Positions 35,730-51,010 of a stretch of DNA of 64,000 bases are shown piece after piece. Position numbers and translations under genes: made by a program. Each line of letters starts with the position of its first letter. Position 1 is the first letter of the stretch. The DNA comes from Pseudogymnoascus verrucosus (taxonomy: Eukaryota): assembly GCA_001662655.1 (NCBI GenBank), contig KV460256.1; one strand, 5' to 3'. Under the pieces are notes generated by a model that searched no databases, was not told where the DNA came from, and was given only the letters and a program-made list of their open reading frames with translations.

Positions 35730-35790
35730 GTAACACCTATGGCGCAGATGTTGCCTTGATCAGGAGGAACATCTGCGCCGTAAGAGTTAC
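35730..35790. repeat. Inverted repeat (23-bp arms, 3 mismatches) between convergent genes
   Basis: GTAACACCTATGGCGCAGATGTT (35730-35752) versus AACATCTGCGCCGTAAGAGTTAC (35768-35790). Confidence 0.85.
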
Positions 35791-35937
35791 GGGAGCTGCA
35801 GCTACCTGGTATCGCAGTGACCCCATCTCAGTTTCTGCTGGAAAGCAGACCGACGCCGATACGACGCAGACTTTTGTGGCTATGGACTGTATGTTCCATA
35901 TGGTCCGCTTCCAGACCGTAATCTCCCTAGGCAAACT

Positions 35938-38002
35938 TCATTTTGCTACTTTACTCTCATATAAAGAATCCGAAGTCCTGGAATCTAAATAAGCCAGGAT
36001 GCGCGGGTACGAATCGCGAAACTTCCGTGCTGTTGCTACAAGTGGTGAACTGAGATTGTTATCGATTAGCTCCAGCATAATTGCGCCGACAAGGCGTATC
36101 TTTGCTACGCATGACTCTCCATTTATACGCAGATAATCTAGTTCACAACTGCTTACTATATGTAGCATACTCTCTGCGATGTTTATTTTTTGTAGGAGCA
36201 ATGCTGAAGATTCGCCAGTTCTGAGTCGGATTTCCTTTGCGGATTCGAAGACTGCTGGATCAATCTTCGTTGCCGAGGCTGAGTCTGGTTTACGTTTCGA
36301 CCATAGCTGACTCATCGAGTCTGCGAGCGCTGGCATTGCGTGTAGCACGACCATTCGCAGGCATTGGAAGCTGATTTGTAAATTTACTCTCTGAATTGCC
36401 AGTGCCTTTAACCCCCGGTTTGTACCAACTTTCTCCTGAATACCGAAGCTTGATGTAGAATTGAAAAATGTCGGGTGGGATTGAAGTCCGCTTGGTAGAG
36501 CATCTAACGATGTTTGAAAGCCAAGATAGAGCTCAATGAGCCGGGAGATATCTGCTAGTGTAGCATGTTGCTGGGATGGGTTGGATCCAGGGCGGACAAG
36601 GAAGCGTTCTCGTAACAACTCGATTTCTAATAGTAAAGTGTACACGGAACTCCACAGCTCATAGTTGAGATTGAATCCTGTTAGCATGTCTAGATTCTCG
36701 TCCTCCATAGGATCAAGTGCTGAACAAGTCAAACTGTCCACTTTCCCAAGACTGCGTGCGTACGGTATAATCATGTCTCCATCCAACGCGAATTTACCCA
36801 TAACAACGGGATGGTTGCTAAGGATGCTGGCAGACTTGTCTCCCACAAAGAGCAGCAAGAAGGCACGCCGGCAAAACTCACTTTCTACGTCGTTCATATG
36901 CGCATACGAGGTTTTGTTATGTAATCGCATGCCTTGGCATATTCGAATGGCATCTCCCAGGCTGTGCCAAGATGACCGTAGTTTTCCAGTGGTGTGATTA
37001 TACTCTGCGTGGAGATATCTGATGGCAATGGAAGTTGAAGTAGGATTTTCGAGATCTTCGTTAAGGTAGGTATTTAGAGTTGCTCTTGAGGCATGGTAGA
37101 AATATACCGCAAGCTCTGCCTTAACAGTATTTGTTTTTTGGGGGAGGACAGCGATTGTCACAGCGCACACACCTGTCAGTATAGCCAATAAAGGTGCTTC
37201 CTTTTGCAACTGTCGGTCGTTGATCTGACATATTGCAAGATCTATATCCGGTCTATGGATAATTGGCATCAGAGGGTACAGGTTGTCAAAAAATGAATCA
37301 ACACAGTCCGTGAGTAATGATTCCAGCCTCCGAGAGTCATCAATTTCATTGATAGCAATATCCAAGTTGCGAATTATAGCCTCAATCTGTGAATCACGGG
37401 TGGCACAATCTCCGGTAGGTGCTAGTGGGCTTGCGTATGCCGTCTGGCTTGTTGGCGGACTGTCCTGATGAATGGATGTCGACACAACATCGCTACCAAC
37501 ATATTGTGGTGTTATCGGATTACCAGTCTCAGAAAACGCATCGAAGCTAACAGGGGAAATAACTGTAGATGACAGACGACGAGGATGTCTATTTGGAATA
37601 TGGGTACCCTCTAGAATGGGCGCTTCGCCCCTTTTCTTTCGCCCGCGTTTCCGGGAAGGTAAAAAAAATTCACAATTCAAAAGTCGGATTTCACAATTGG
37701 CACATGTTGGCCGTCGGAGGTCACACTTTAAAGGTTAGCTATACGCTGAAAGGCAACGAGGGAAGGATGATGCTAGAGGGATGTTTTGCTAAGCTGTTGA
37801 TCTATGGAAGTGCACTTACCTTGACTTTGCGGATACGACATCGATCACATGCACGACTCAACCTCTTTCGTTCAGAAGCTTTCTCTGAAGTTGCGGGAAT
37901 TAAACACTCGGATTCGTCCGCCACATGAGCGATGCTTTGAATATCTTGCCGGTCGTATTCATTCTCGACTGTTGAATTGTCTACTGGAAAAGAATTATCC
38001 AT
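35938..38002 (-). CDS. Zn(II)2Cys6 transcription factor with Fungal_trans domain
   Basis: RACDRCRIRKVK|CDLRRPTCANC..C completed by intron 37726-37819; FFDNLYPLMPIIH and RRAFLLLFVGDKSA. Divergent from the GH43 gene. Confidence 0.9.
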
Positions 38003-38700
38003 GGATAATTGTCGATGCAATGACGTGATGGATAGACAGATGATATCAAGGTTGGAATAACAGACTTCGTTTTCGGCAGATAGCGGGGATTTAAAGGTGA
38101 AGATGGTCGGGTATTTGTAGAAGTATTCCTCTATTTTCCGTCCCCGCAAAATGCCAAAAGCGCGTTAGTTGCTTTATTACCCCTCTTCCCCGCGTTTTCA
38201 AGCAATTGTGACGCTTTGCTAAATGGCATACAACCGCCAAGAGAGTGCAAGCCTGTTCAGGCTGAATAGATCATCCTTGTAGTAGACGCCGTGATGCAGA
38301 TATCGCGCTCGTGTCTCTAGGTCTGAGAGTGGGGTTCCTTTCGGAGTAATCATGCGGCTCGTGGACGTTGCTATACTCCGAAATGAACGCCACTTGAGTG
38401 CTAAAAATAACAACCCACCAACCACAGGATAAGCGATTATATCTTGTCATGGTGTGTTTTGGAAAGCTCTCCATCGTAACTCTTTTAAAGGAAAAAGTGG
38501 CCCTATTCACATCCAGACTTACAGCTTTCGTAGCAGTACAGCAAAGGCTCGGACAGTTTAGCCTAATTTCGGCACCATTGTGCCATTGTTTCCGGTTATA
38601 ACTTTTAATTCACGAGTATAAACGGATTATTGCCATTTACTATCGCTTGTCTCTTCATGAAATTAGAACAGTGAATTAGAATTCAAAGTCGACAGAGTAG

Positions 38701-40584
<1,884 letters not shown>

Positions 40585-41039
40585 CGCCGAGCTCCTCTCG
40601 AGATGGAAAGTGTTACAAATCAAGAGTCGTAGCTCTTTGATGAGCAGCAGTTCTTGTTTCCACGTGGGTCTATGATGGGTTTCACACCGTACCCGCGGGT
40701 CATGCCACACCAGTGCGAGTCTGTTTCCCATTTCAGGGTGTGGCCGCCTGTGTCTGAGCTAACTGCCTGGCCTACAGCATCAGCTAAGTCTGCAAATGAA
40801 CAAAGACTCAACCTCACTATGTAGACTGTCCCAAGAATCCATTAGATATTAGAGTGTTGTTATATTTAGCTATTTAAAATCATATTGAAGCAATGTTTCA
40901 GCCTTCTCAAGAAAGAGCACACCTGTGGTGTTAGGGTCGGCCTTGCATTACATGGGAAGGGACACCAGCAGCACCAACATAGGCAATTTGATTCAGCGAA
41001 CAAAAGCTGCAAGTATATAGAAAAATGATATTTTAACAG

Positions 41040-42278
41040 CTAAGAGCTCGAACAGGTAACTCCTGTTATTGTTCCTCCATTTTTCGTGCAAATAACCTTG
41101 GACGTACCAAGCGGTGATAGTACACTATAACCCGTAAAACTAACATGACATGCTCCAGCTGGACAAGTTACTTCAGAGGTAGTTGGCTCATAGTGAGCTG
41201 ATGTTTTCCCCGAGAAGTTAATTAAATTAATGTCCGTGAATTGCGCAGTGCTCGGATATGATGCACAATAAGCGTCTGTTTCGCCGTAGCAGCCCCCAAG
41301 TTGTATAGCATAATCGCTCGCATCAACTACAACGTTTGCCCAGGTAACGTTTGAGACTATAGCAGACCCATGGTTTGGTCCGCTTGGGTAAATCTTGATT
41401 CCAACTGCTTTAGCTGAGGTGACCATGTCGGCGCCATCAACATAGATGTTCTTGACGGTATCCACAGCTCCATATGATTTTCCAAGGGATCCGACGGAGA
41501 GGCCATGCGAGCCTGTACACTTGATATTGGTCACAGTAACGTAGTTGCAACCGGCTTTGAATGCAACGCAGTCGTCCTGATTGCTGACTGTCGTGTCAGT
41601 TATCGTGACATAACTGGCATCCCAGATATCAAACCCGTCCGTGTTCTTAGGCGCGTAGGAGCTCTTGCTGGCAGCAGTCAGATATAGAGAGGCGAATTTG
41701 ATGTTTGAACTCCCACCCCCGGCATAAAAGAAAATACCAGGGGGGTTCTTAAGGTGGATGTTCTTTATGATGATGGATGTGGAGCCTCCTTTAATCGAGT
41801 ACAGTGCTGGTCTCTTCAGACTGCTGTTGGTAGCAAAAATATCGTAAGCGTTCTGTCCATTGCCATCGATGACTCCTGTTCCAAGCAAACTCTGAACTGT
41901 TGCCCCTTTAACGCCGCTCATGAGAAATATCTCAGAGTGGTAGTACCAATAGTCGAGGTCATTCGATGCTTTGAGGGTGCCTTCGATGTTGAATATACAG
42001 CCAGTGCAGCCTTTAAAGTCAACAGAGGATCGAATCGCATAAGTAACCCCCTGTGGGATGACAATCGTGCCTCCAGCACCGCAAGAGCTGATTGCATCTC
42101 TGATTGCAGGAGAGTCATCGATCCCAGAATTACCAGCAGATACTGGTGTACATGTTGCTCTCTTAGCAAGTGCAAAGGTCTTGTCCGGCGTACGTTCAAC
42201 GGAGAATGGAGCCGCTGTTGCAAGACCTGCGAAGAGACCAATGATGGAAATGGTACGAATAAATTTTAAAAGTGTCAT
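41040..42278 (-). CDS. xghA: GH28 pectinase, probable endo-xylogalacturonan hydrolase, secreted
   Basis: Signal peptide; NTDGFD, QDDC, GSHGLSVGS. The usual RIK motif reads GIK (KAVGIKIYPSGPNHG), as in XghA-type enzymes. Intronless. Confidence 0.85.
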   Translation of the reverse strand: MTLLKFIRTISIIGLFAGLATAAPFSVERTPDKTFALAKRATCTPVSAGNSGIDDSPAIRDAISSCGAGGTIVIPQGVTYAIRSSVDFKGCTGCIFNIEGTLKASNDLDYWYYHSEIFLMSGVKGATVQSLLGTGVIDGNGQNAYDIFATNSSLKRPALYSIKGGSTSIIIKNIHLKNPPGIFFYAGGGSSNIKFASLYLTAASKSSYAPKNTDGFDIWDASYVTITDTTVSNQDDCVAFKAGCNYVTVTNIKCTGSHGLSVGSLGKSYGAVDTVKNIYVDGADMVTSAKAVGIKIYPSGPNHGSAIVSNVTWANVVVDASDYAIQLGGCYGETDAYCASYPSTAQFTDINLINFSGKTSAHYEPTTSEVTCPAGACHVSFTGYSVLSPLGTSKVICTKNGGTITGVTCSSS

Positions 42279-42900
42279 TTTGGGAGTGAAGGTGTTGTCT
42301 GTAAAATTTTCATTATTATTCCCACCAAGAAATGCTCAGAGTATAAATACACATGAAATCCATATCGTTGCTCAAAGTAATCATCCAAAACCTCCCCTCT
42401 TGAATTGAAATGAGTCTGGTGACCACATTCTATACCGTGTTGTTTAGAGTTTATATGCTCGAAGATTTATATCTCACATATTCATGTGATGTTATAAATT
42501 ATGTTAATACGTACACTACGGATTTGGCGTTGAAATATCCCGCGGGAAATACCTGAAAGTGCAAAAAACTGTATCATAGCCTAGTTCGGATATTTTGAAC
42601 CTAAAACTCCGCTCTGAAGATTAACATTGCCGAAAAGCTTCGGAAAATAGGTTAAAGGCATTTAGGCTACAAGTTATATAATTTAACATAGTTTATTCTC
42701 TCATTTTTAATCCTCTTTCACGTTTTGCAAGGGAAGTATGACCTGAATTCTAATAATTGCTCTATGTCTTGTATTTTTGACCGAGAAAATGATCCACCAA
42801 ACATGGAATTGCTTCAGGGGCCTGGGGAAGTGTATAAAGTGTGGTAGAGCACCGCCCGAATGATAAATAAAAAAAAGTGTATGTGCCATATATTGCAATC

Positions 42901-44172
42901 ATGTCTGCTCTAACAACTATTCTTTTTATAGTTCTTGCTTCAGCTTCATTCTTTGGGGCTGTATCGGCACACCCATCTTCGGTTGAGAAAAGAGGAATAT
43001 CTCGGACCTCCCCTCCATCCGGCTGTCTCGTTGTCAGAGGCTCAGGTACCAAAGCAGGGGAATACGGCACCATAAGCTCGGCAGTAGCTGTTCTTTCGGC
43101 AACAGCAACTAGTTGCATTTTCATATATCCAGGTATTTATGCCGAGTCAATCTACATAAAGAATAGGGGCCCGCTTACTATATACGGGTCGACAACCAAG
43201 TAAGTTCTTAATCAGCAAAGCTCCACAATCTAATTAAACTTATTAGCTCTGGGAACTGGAAATCGAATACGGTGACAATTACTCATGGAATTGGCTCATA
43301 CGATGCTGGGTCTCTAGACGCAAGCTCTGCGATGAACGTTGTCAGCAATGATGTGAACATATACAATGTCAATTTTGTAAATACGTATGGTACAGCCGGT
43401 CAAGTGAGTCACGGTCTTGGTCAAAGAGGCTCCTGTCTAATTTAGCTTTAGGCAGTTGCATTGACAGCAAATGGCGAGAGGCAAGGCTACTATGGATGCT
43501 CATTTAAGAGCTACCAGGATACCTTGTACGCAAAGGCAGGCTACCAGTATTACTCGAACTGTTATATTGAAGGTAATTTCTGATTTCTTTACTTTTTTAT
43601 TTTTTGGTAATTCTGTATCTGACAAAAATCAGGCGCGGTGGACTATATATTCGGTGATGCTAGCGCATGGTTCGGCGAATGTACTATGGCCTCGAGCGGA
43701 GGAGGTTCGATTACGGCAAGTTCTCGAACTTACGACACAGACACGGCCTGGTATGTAATCGATCATAGCACGGTACGTTAATCCCATCAGATATCCTTCG
43801 CTGTGAGCATTTTCTGACTTTGAAGCAAAGGTCACTGCGGCATCAGGGGCAAGCGTCACTGGAATTGTCTTTCTAGGTCGGCCGTGGCGTGTTTTTTCCA
43901 GAGTTATATATCAATTTTCAACACTAACAAACGTCGTCAATGCTAAAGGATGGGCACCAATGACGGATGGAGCTACCCCGTATGTTGAACACTTTAATGT
44001 TGATCGTTTCATTTGCTAACCTCGGTGTTTTCCTAGAATTTTTGAGGAGTGGTCAAACACAGGCGCAGGTGCTTCAACATCAAGCCGTGTTTACTATACA
44101 GCTGCCACTGCGCCTGTTACAAAAGGGCAACTTTGGCCGTTAGGATACTCATGGATTGACACAAGCTTTTAG
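42901..44172 (+). CDS. Pectin methylesterase (CE8), secreted
   Basis: Signal peptide MSALTTILFIVL. Spliced motifs GQ|AVAL, YQDTLY, IEG|AVDYIFG, LGRPW, EEWSNTGAG. About five short introns. Confidence 0.92.
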
Positions 44173-44631
44173 TCTTTATTTATTTGAATCGATGGGTGAT
44201 ATGAAGGCTGTTGAATTGATCTAGCGCTTCTTTTATCATCTCATTAACCTCTTTCGCTTTTTGATTGTTACAATTACCAATTTTACCTTTATTTATGTGC
44301 TCTTGACTATGATTAAAAATAAGAAGTAATCATCATTATTAGAGCTTGTTTTAGTCGATCAATCTGTAATACAACCAATGTCTCTAAACAAACCTATAGA
44401 AATATAAGCTTATAGTACAGTCCTCTAGTTCATCGAAAATGTAGACGGTGGCCTTTCTTCGATGATTTAAACGTGGCCCTATTTGAAGTTAATGGTCTTC
44501 TCGGACAGATTAATGATCTTACAGTACGGAAGCAACTAAAATTTAAACTAGACATCGGATTGCAAACTTTGAGAATATATCTAATTTAGACTACATAATG
44601 CGAAACATTCTCTGATTCTTTTTGATATCCT

Positions 44632-46259
44632 TTACACACAATTTAGATCTAGTTTTGTTTTGTCTATGTTTGTGCAAGTAAAGGCGGCATTCTTGCCGCT
44701 CAGTTCGTTCACATTGATGTTATGTGCTGCTATGTTGCTACACACCTGTAGAGTGTTGGTTAGCTGCATCTAGTATGGAAGTTACATAATCTGTTGGAAA
44801 GGCTTGCCTCAGAAGTACTGCAAATAAGGTATCCTGCGATTGGGTCGTATTTCTTTGACATAACACCGACAAAGTCGTTAAAAATGACGTCCTTAACTAT
44901 AATCTCGGACTAAATAATAGATATTAGGATACTTATCATACTCTTTTAGCTTTTGTAGGATAGTTACCGGATATAGAGCACATAGCGTTGTGTTTGACGT
45001 TGCGTAACACTGGGTAAGGGCGATGACCTCTGAATACCCAGTTAGTACCTGATCTCACAACTCATAGGAGATTGAATCTACTCACGGTCATTGTTGATGT
45101 TTGTGTACTTCTCATATGTGATATTTTTAACACGACCTGCACCTCCACCGACAGTAGATCCAACAGTTCCAGGTGCCACACCAGGCCAAATCTTGATTCG
45201 CGCCCCATCAGTCGCGTTGCTCATTGAGATGTTGTAAACGTGGATGTTCTCAACAATGTCAAACTCCCCTTGATACTGGCCAAGACTTCCTACTGAGATT
45301 CCGTGGGATCCTGTACACCTTAGATTCTGCACAATAATCTCTGTGGAATTTGGCTTGAACGAGACACAATCTTTACAGTTAGCAAGAATCTTCCAAGAAG
45401 GCAGCGACTTTGACTATACCATCAGTGTTATGAATAACGGAATTTTGAATTACTATGTTTGAGCTCCGATATGTATCCCATCCGTCAGAATTCTAAGATG
45501 GCCATGAGCACACTGTTATATCAATTAGGCACAGTAGTACTTACCTTTACTGCAACACTAGCATTCTTGCTAATTGCGCTCAGATTCATGTCGCTAATGA
45601 TGACCTCCGATGAGTTCGAGATAAAATTAAACCAGTTTGGCGGGTTAATCAGCTTAAGTCCTGAAATTGTTGCACCGTGCAATCCGTCAGTCCCAAAAAG
45701 AATGGGCCGAGCAACAGAACTGTTGGTAGCCCAAGCTGCCCACCATGTGTCTCCTAATCCTAATGAACGAGTTAATTTAGAAGATTTAGACACATTAGAG
45801 GAGAACGTTACCATCAATCGAGCCTGTACCCAAGCCATAAATATTTACATCTCGTCCACCAAAACGCCAGAACAGACTAGCACTTTGGAAGGAGTACTGA
45901 AACGCATGTGCCTGCCAATACGTGAGGTCGTCTTTGAATTTAATATTTCCCAAGATGGCGAAGTCAATATTGGCAAGGAACGTCAGGTCCAAAACTGTAG
46001 CAATGGTGTAGGTCTTGCCTGGAGGAAAATACACCGTGCCGCCATGGTTACACTTTCGAGCGGCAGCAAGGATAGAAGGCCCGGCGTCAGCAGTCTCTGC
46101 TAGAACTGTGCAAATCCGTTTGGGATTTCTAGGGGGTGAGTGTGGGAACGGCCTTGAAGGTTGCTTCGGGTGGCATTTGACGGATGGTCGGTTTGGTCCT
46201 GGGGATGCCAAGGCTGTAACAGCCATAAAGGCGAGAAGAGCTGCATTAAAGACACGCAT
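44632..46259 (-). CDS. GH28 exo-polygalacturonase-type enzyme, secreted
   Basis: Signal peptide [11 protein letters not shown]. Motifs [47 protein letters not shown]. Multiple short introns; ends LDLNCV-stop. Confidence 0.9.
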
Positions 46260-47193
46260 GTCCGTCTGGTTAATTTATAAACCGAGCTGTTAAATGATTT
46301 GAAAATAGACAATTGTGCGAAACTAAGTTGACATATTAGATATATATATAGATATCTCGGATATGGAGTAGTAAGCTAAATACGGCTCAAGGCACAATTC
46401 GATTATTGAACATCAACAGCGGACACTTCTTGCGGAATAAAATGTTTTCCCCCCATGAAATTTGCCTATATAGCGTACCATAAAAGTTCAGGTAGTAATT
46501 GGCGTAACTAGAAAAAATATCACATCTTCGGCAACCTGTCAAATAGTTATTCCGTACTTGAAAATGGAGATAATGCCCCATTCCACGACGAATGACCATA
46601 TGATAATAATGTGCCGCGGCTTATTTATTGGCAGGTTATGAGCAGGAATTCGGTTCTGCGAAGATGCGTGACAAGGGTAAATTACCCGCGGCTGATATTG
46701 GACGAACGGCAAACTCTCCTTCGCTAAAGGGATGGACTTAACCATAATTTCCCAAAGGCTCCCAGCAGAAACAGCTAGAGCGTATGGCTAAGTGGGGATA
46801 CAGGCTTGCAGATATCGCCGTGGGGAAATGCCGGGGAACAATTTCTCTCTCCACCTGCATTCCATCCCGTGTTTACGCCCGTGTGTTCTTTGCCAACGAC
46901 GCCACAAGTGAAGTGTAATATTGTCGGTCGATATGCATTTGGCATACTGATGGAAAATTACAACCCATGGAGATATCTTTATTCCACTAACACAACTTGT
47001 CGGAGTATAAGATCTATGGATACGCCATAGAGTTTGCTAAGCATCAAAACGCACAAGTCTCTGACCACACTTCTTCTCCTCTCCTCACCTTTGTATAGTC
47101 TCCGGAGACATTGCATTCGAAATCCTGAGGTATAACGTTTGTCAAGAGGCTGATCAGTCTTCATCTACAGCTCTCTTCCCTTCATTTATCAAA

Positions 47194-49127
47194 ATGGCAC
47201 CAAGTAAGCAGGTCGTGTACAATTGGTCAGTCAATTCATAGCACATAACGCGGTGTGTAACAGTGTTCTTATGATCAATATAGGTACATCTCGCTTTTGG
47301 CGGCCGGATGCATGGTGTTGATGGGCTATGATTCTAGCGTCTTCAATTCTGTCCAGGGTTCGGATAACTGGAGGGTACACTTTAACAATCCTGTACGTGA
47401 AATCGGCCTTGCAGCGAAAGAGAAACAAATCTGACTTTCTAGAATCCTAATATGATCGGCTTAATCAACACCACGTACTCAGTTGGGGGAATTATTTGCG
47501 GATGGTTCTTCTCTGGCCCACTCGTGAGTTTTCCTAATGACGGCCTAAGATCACACATCGAAAATAACCTGACACTTCCTACGCAGGCTGATTGGGCGGG
47601 TCGCCGGTGGGCCATGGCGTTTGGTTGTGCGATCACAGTTGTGGCTACCTTCATCCAATGCTTCGCCCCGTATCACAATCTGGGATGCTTTATGGCTGGC
47701 AGGGTTCTCATTGGGGCTGGTCAAGCTTTTGCAATCAGTAAGTAATGGCTGTAACTAAAATTTCTACATGATTGCATATCTAATTCTTTCTATAGCTGCT
47801 GGTCCAATCTACATTAATGAAGTTACTGCGGCTAATGTTCGTGGCAAGGTCATGTCATTTTGGCAGATGTTTTTCTCAGTCGGAGCTTTCTTTGCCTACT
47901 GGGTCAACTACGCCTGCTCAAAGAATAAGACTCGTCTCGGTGACTGGGATTGGAAGATTGTAAGTAAATGCGGTGACTCCCCGCACGGAGTCAACCTCAG
48001 TGGCCAGTCTATCAACTACTAACGTGCGCCGACCAGGTCGTTATCTTCCAGCTGCTTCTCCCCATTGTCATCATGGTCCAACTGCCGTTTATTCCAGAAT
48101 CTCCCCGCTGGTGGATTGCTCGTCACGGTAATGTCGATGAGGCCAGAGCTTCCTTAAAGAGGGTGCGAACTACAGATGAAGAAATTGAGGACGAATTATT
48201 AAGTATCAGGGAAGCAATTGCCTATGAACAGGGAGCTGCTCCAGGCAAACGCCAACAATACCTGTCATTTTGGAAGGATAAATCCATCCGCAGGAGACTA
48301 TGCCTTGCCTTCCTTATCAATATCGGTCAACAACTCACTGGACAAGGCACCTTAAATGCCTATTCTTCGACTATCTATAAATCCGTGTTCAAGGATCTTG
48401 ACACGGTCAACTTGGTTAACGCTCTTAATGCAACATTCGGAATCGTTTTCACACTAAATGCTACTTGGACAGTTGATCGGTAAGTCAGATATATGCCTGG
48501 GGGGACGCGGGCCGTCACGGCTCAGCGGTGGTATTAGCTCTAAGATTATATGCTAATTTACGATTGTGCAGCTATGGTCGCAGGTTTTTGTTTATTGTCG
48601 GAGCTTGCGGTATGGCCATGACCACAATGCTTATGGCTGTTGTAGGCCTTACAACCCCGAATGTCGATGGTACTAAGACCTATCCGGTCGGTGTTGGAAT
48701 TGCAACCCTTGCATTCCTTTTCGCTTTCTTCTATAAGCCATCGTGGGGAGCAACTACATGGATCTATACTGCGGAGATTTTCCCTACCCACGTTCGTGCC
48801 CCAGCCGTTGGGATGTCTGTACAGATGCAGGGCGTTGCGAACACTATCTTCCAACAGTTCTTTCCAATTTTCTACGCGAATGAAGGCTTGTAAGTACTAT
48901 GAGCTAGCCTAAACCTAATATCGCTGACATCTTACAGGAAATCCTTCTTCTTCTTTATGACTCTGAACATTATGCTAGCTGTTGGAGTCTTTTTCCTGCT
49001 CCCCGAAACCAAGAATGTTCCTTTAGAACAGATGGATACCTTGTTTGGTGGTGTCAGCCATGTTGACAAGGGTGCTGAGATTCTGGAGAAGCATGGTGAC
49101 TATGTTGAAGAGGAAAAAAGAGTATGA
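47194..49127 (+). CDS. MFS sugar porter
   Basis: Motifs MGYDSS, DWAGRR, GRVLIG, PESPRW, QQLTG, D|RYGRR, WIYTAEIFP, PETK. Many introns. Confidence 0.92.
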
Positions 49128-49291
49128 TAGAAGCATGTCATTTAGCTAGTATTATCTAGATCAAGTCCAACAGCAATTTCTTAGAACTAGTCACGCTGAA
49201 GCAATCATCGAACACTCGCCATACTCACTGCACTACTCGTAGGTACCAAGAATGGAGACGATTACCCGGTCGTGGTTAGCTATGCTGCACA

Positions 49292-50233
49292 CTAAATCCC
49301 AAAGAACTTCAACATCAGTCCCACATCCGCCATCGGCGCGTGTCCAACTCCCTGTGCAAAGAAGCCCTGCAGCTGCGAGCCATCTCCATACACCATCTGC
49401 GTAAACTGGGAGGACGGGACCCCCGCCACATTCCTATTAAACGACACACCGAGAACATCTCCCCACTGAGCCAGCGCCTGCTTCGCACACTCCGGCCGCA
49501 CCAACGTATCATCCAGCCCATGCCAGATCAACATTCTCGGCCGCCTCCCCGCGTACCCTGGATACGAATTGCGTACGAAACTACCCCATTCCGTGGAGCT
49601 GTGCTGGATCTGACCTTGCGCACAGGTCTGGTTGGGCCCGGCAGGCGTGGCACTCGCGGAGCCGGCAAAACATGCAAACGCCGTTCCCGAGTTGGCTGAG
49701 CCGGCGGCGAAGACGTCGGGATATGATCCGGCGAGGACGTTCGTCATCATACCACCGGAGGAGAAGCCCATGACGAAAACCCGGGCGGGATTGGCGGTGT
49801 ACTTCTGTAGCGTGTAGGTCACCATGTTGACGATTCCGAGGGCGTCGCCGCCGCCTCTGTGCGTTAGGCTGGCGGCGTTGTTGACGTCCCAGCAGTTACT
49901 CATGTTGGGTGTCTCGGGGTAGATGAGTATGAAGCCATTTTGGTCGGCGTAAGAGGGTAGCGAGGTTCCGCTGTACCACTGTGATGCTGTTCCGCCACAT
50001 GGGTGTAGCTATGGGCATTTGATTTAGTTGGTTTCGGTGCGTATGTAAGACTTGAGATTTGCCAGTTAACTTACCGCGACGATGACTGCGGGATTGGCCG
50101 CTACACGATCTGGTACGTAGATGTACATCCTGATGTTTGAGGGGTTCGAGCCAAAGTTTGGCACCTGCTGCAGGCTAGCACCTAGGGCCAGGGCCATAGA
50201 GCAGGCAAATATGAATAGAGAGTGGAGAAGCAT
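49292..50233 (-). CDS. Carbohydrate esterase family 1, acetylxylan esterase A-like, secreted
   Basis: Signal peptide MLLHSLFIFAC; NFGSNPSNIRMYIYVP, HPCGG, CWDV, nucleophile GFSSG, WHGLDD, GVGH. One intron at ~50010-50074. Confidence 0.9.
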
Positions 50234-51010
50234 TGTGAAAGGAAGCGTCTCTGTTCAGTGAAGTATTTTGTCTGGAATTATCTGTTCTTCAACGGATTGC
50301 AATTATTATAACTACCATGAGCGAAAGGATAACCTTTATAGAGCTGTTTGCTAACGATCTGTTCTGGAGAAAACGACAGTGAGGTGGTAATTGTAACCAT
50401 GTTCATACTGCATATATGCAAAACTACCAACGGGAAGTACAGGGGATAACCTAGCTGTTTAACAAGGTTAATTATATTAACTTAGCACCGGCAGACAGGT
50501 TCGGCAGCCACTTGGCGTGCATCTAGAAATGCCGTAAGTTGGTGCCGACTGTGTAATTAATTTATACCCCCCTTCTTTCTAAATTCTTAATGAAGGTAAA
50601 GAGAATTAATGTATGATATGAGAATGATCTGGGAAGAGATTGGTTCGAAGGAGCGGGAACTACTTGGATCTTGGCCGGGTAAACCCACATAGCTACAATC
50701 ACGAGGCATAGAACTGACGGCTTAGCGGGGTAAGTTACGAGGTTAATACCAGGTGTGAGGGTTGGCAGAGATAACTGGTTCAAAGATGCGATAAGTCTGT
50801 ACTAACCCTAAATTAACTTCATCTTTATATTAGGATTGCGGGTCAAGTATTGAAACCCCCAATTATATAATGCGGGGAATTAGCCTTAATTCTCGTACAG
50901 TTTTCACTTCAGCCTTGATGTTGCAGACAGAAGTTATGGAGTGTTAAAGTAGATATCTAGCATTTTACATCATTTTCTTACTTTAGCCGTATCTACCTTT
51001 CTCACCCTGC

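Noticed and set aside
44632..46259. Exo-GH28 as a pseudogene (fragmented in the ORF track, NSD instead of NTD)
   Set aside because: The breaks I checked are explained by canonical GT-AG introns, and the catalytic Asp/His/RIK residues are present.
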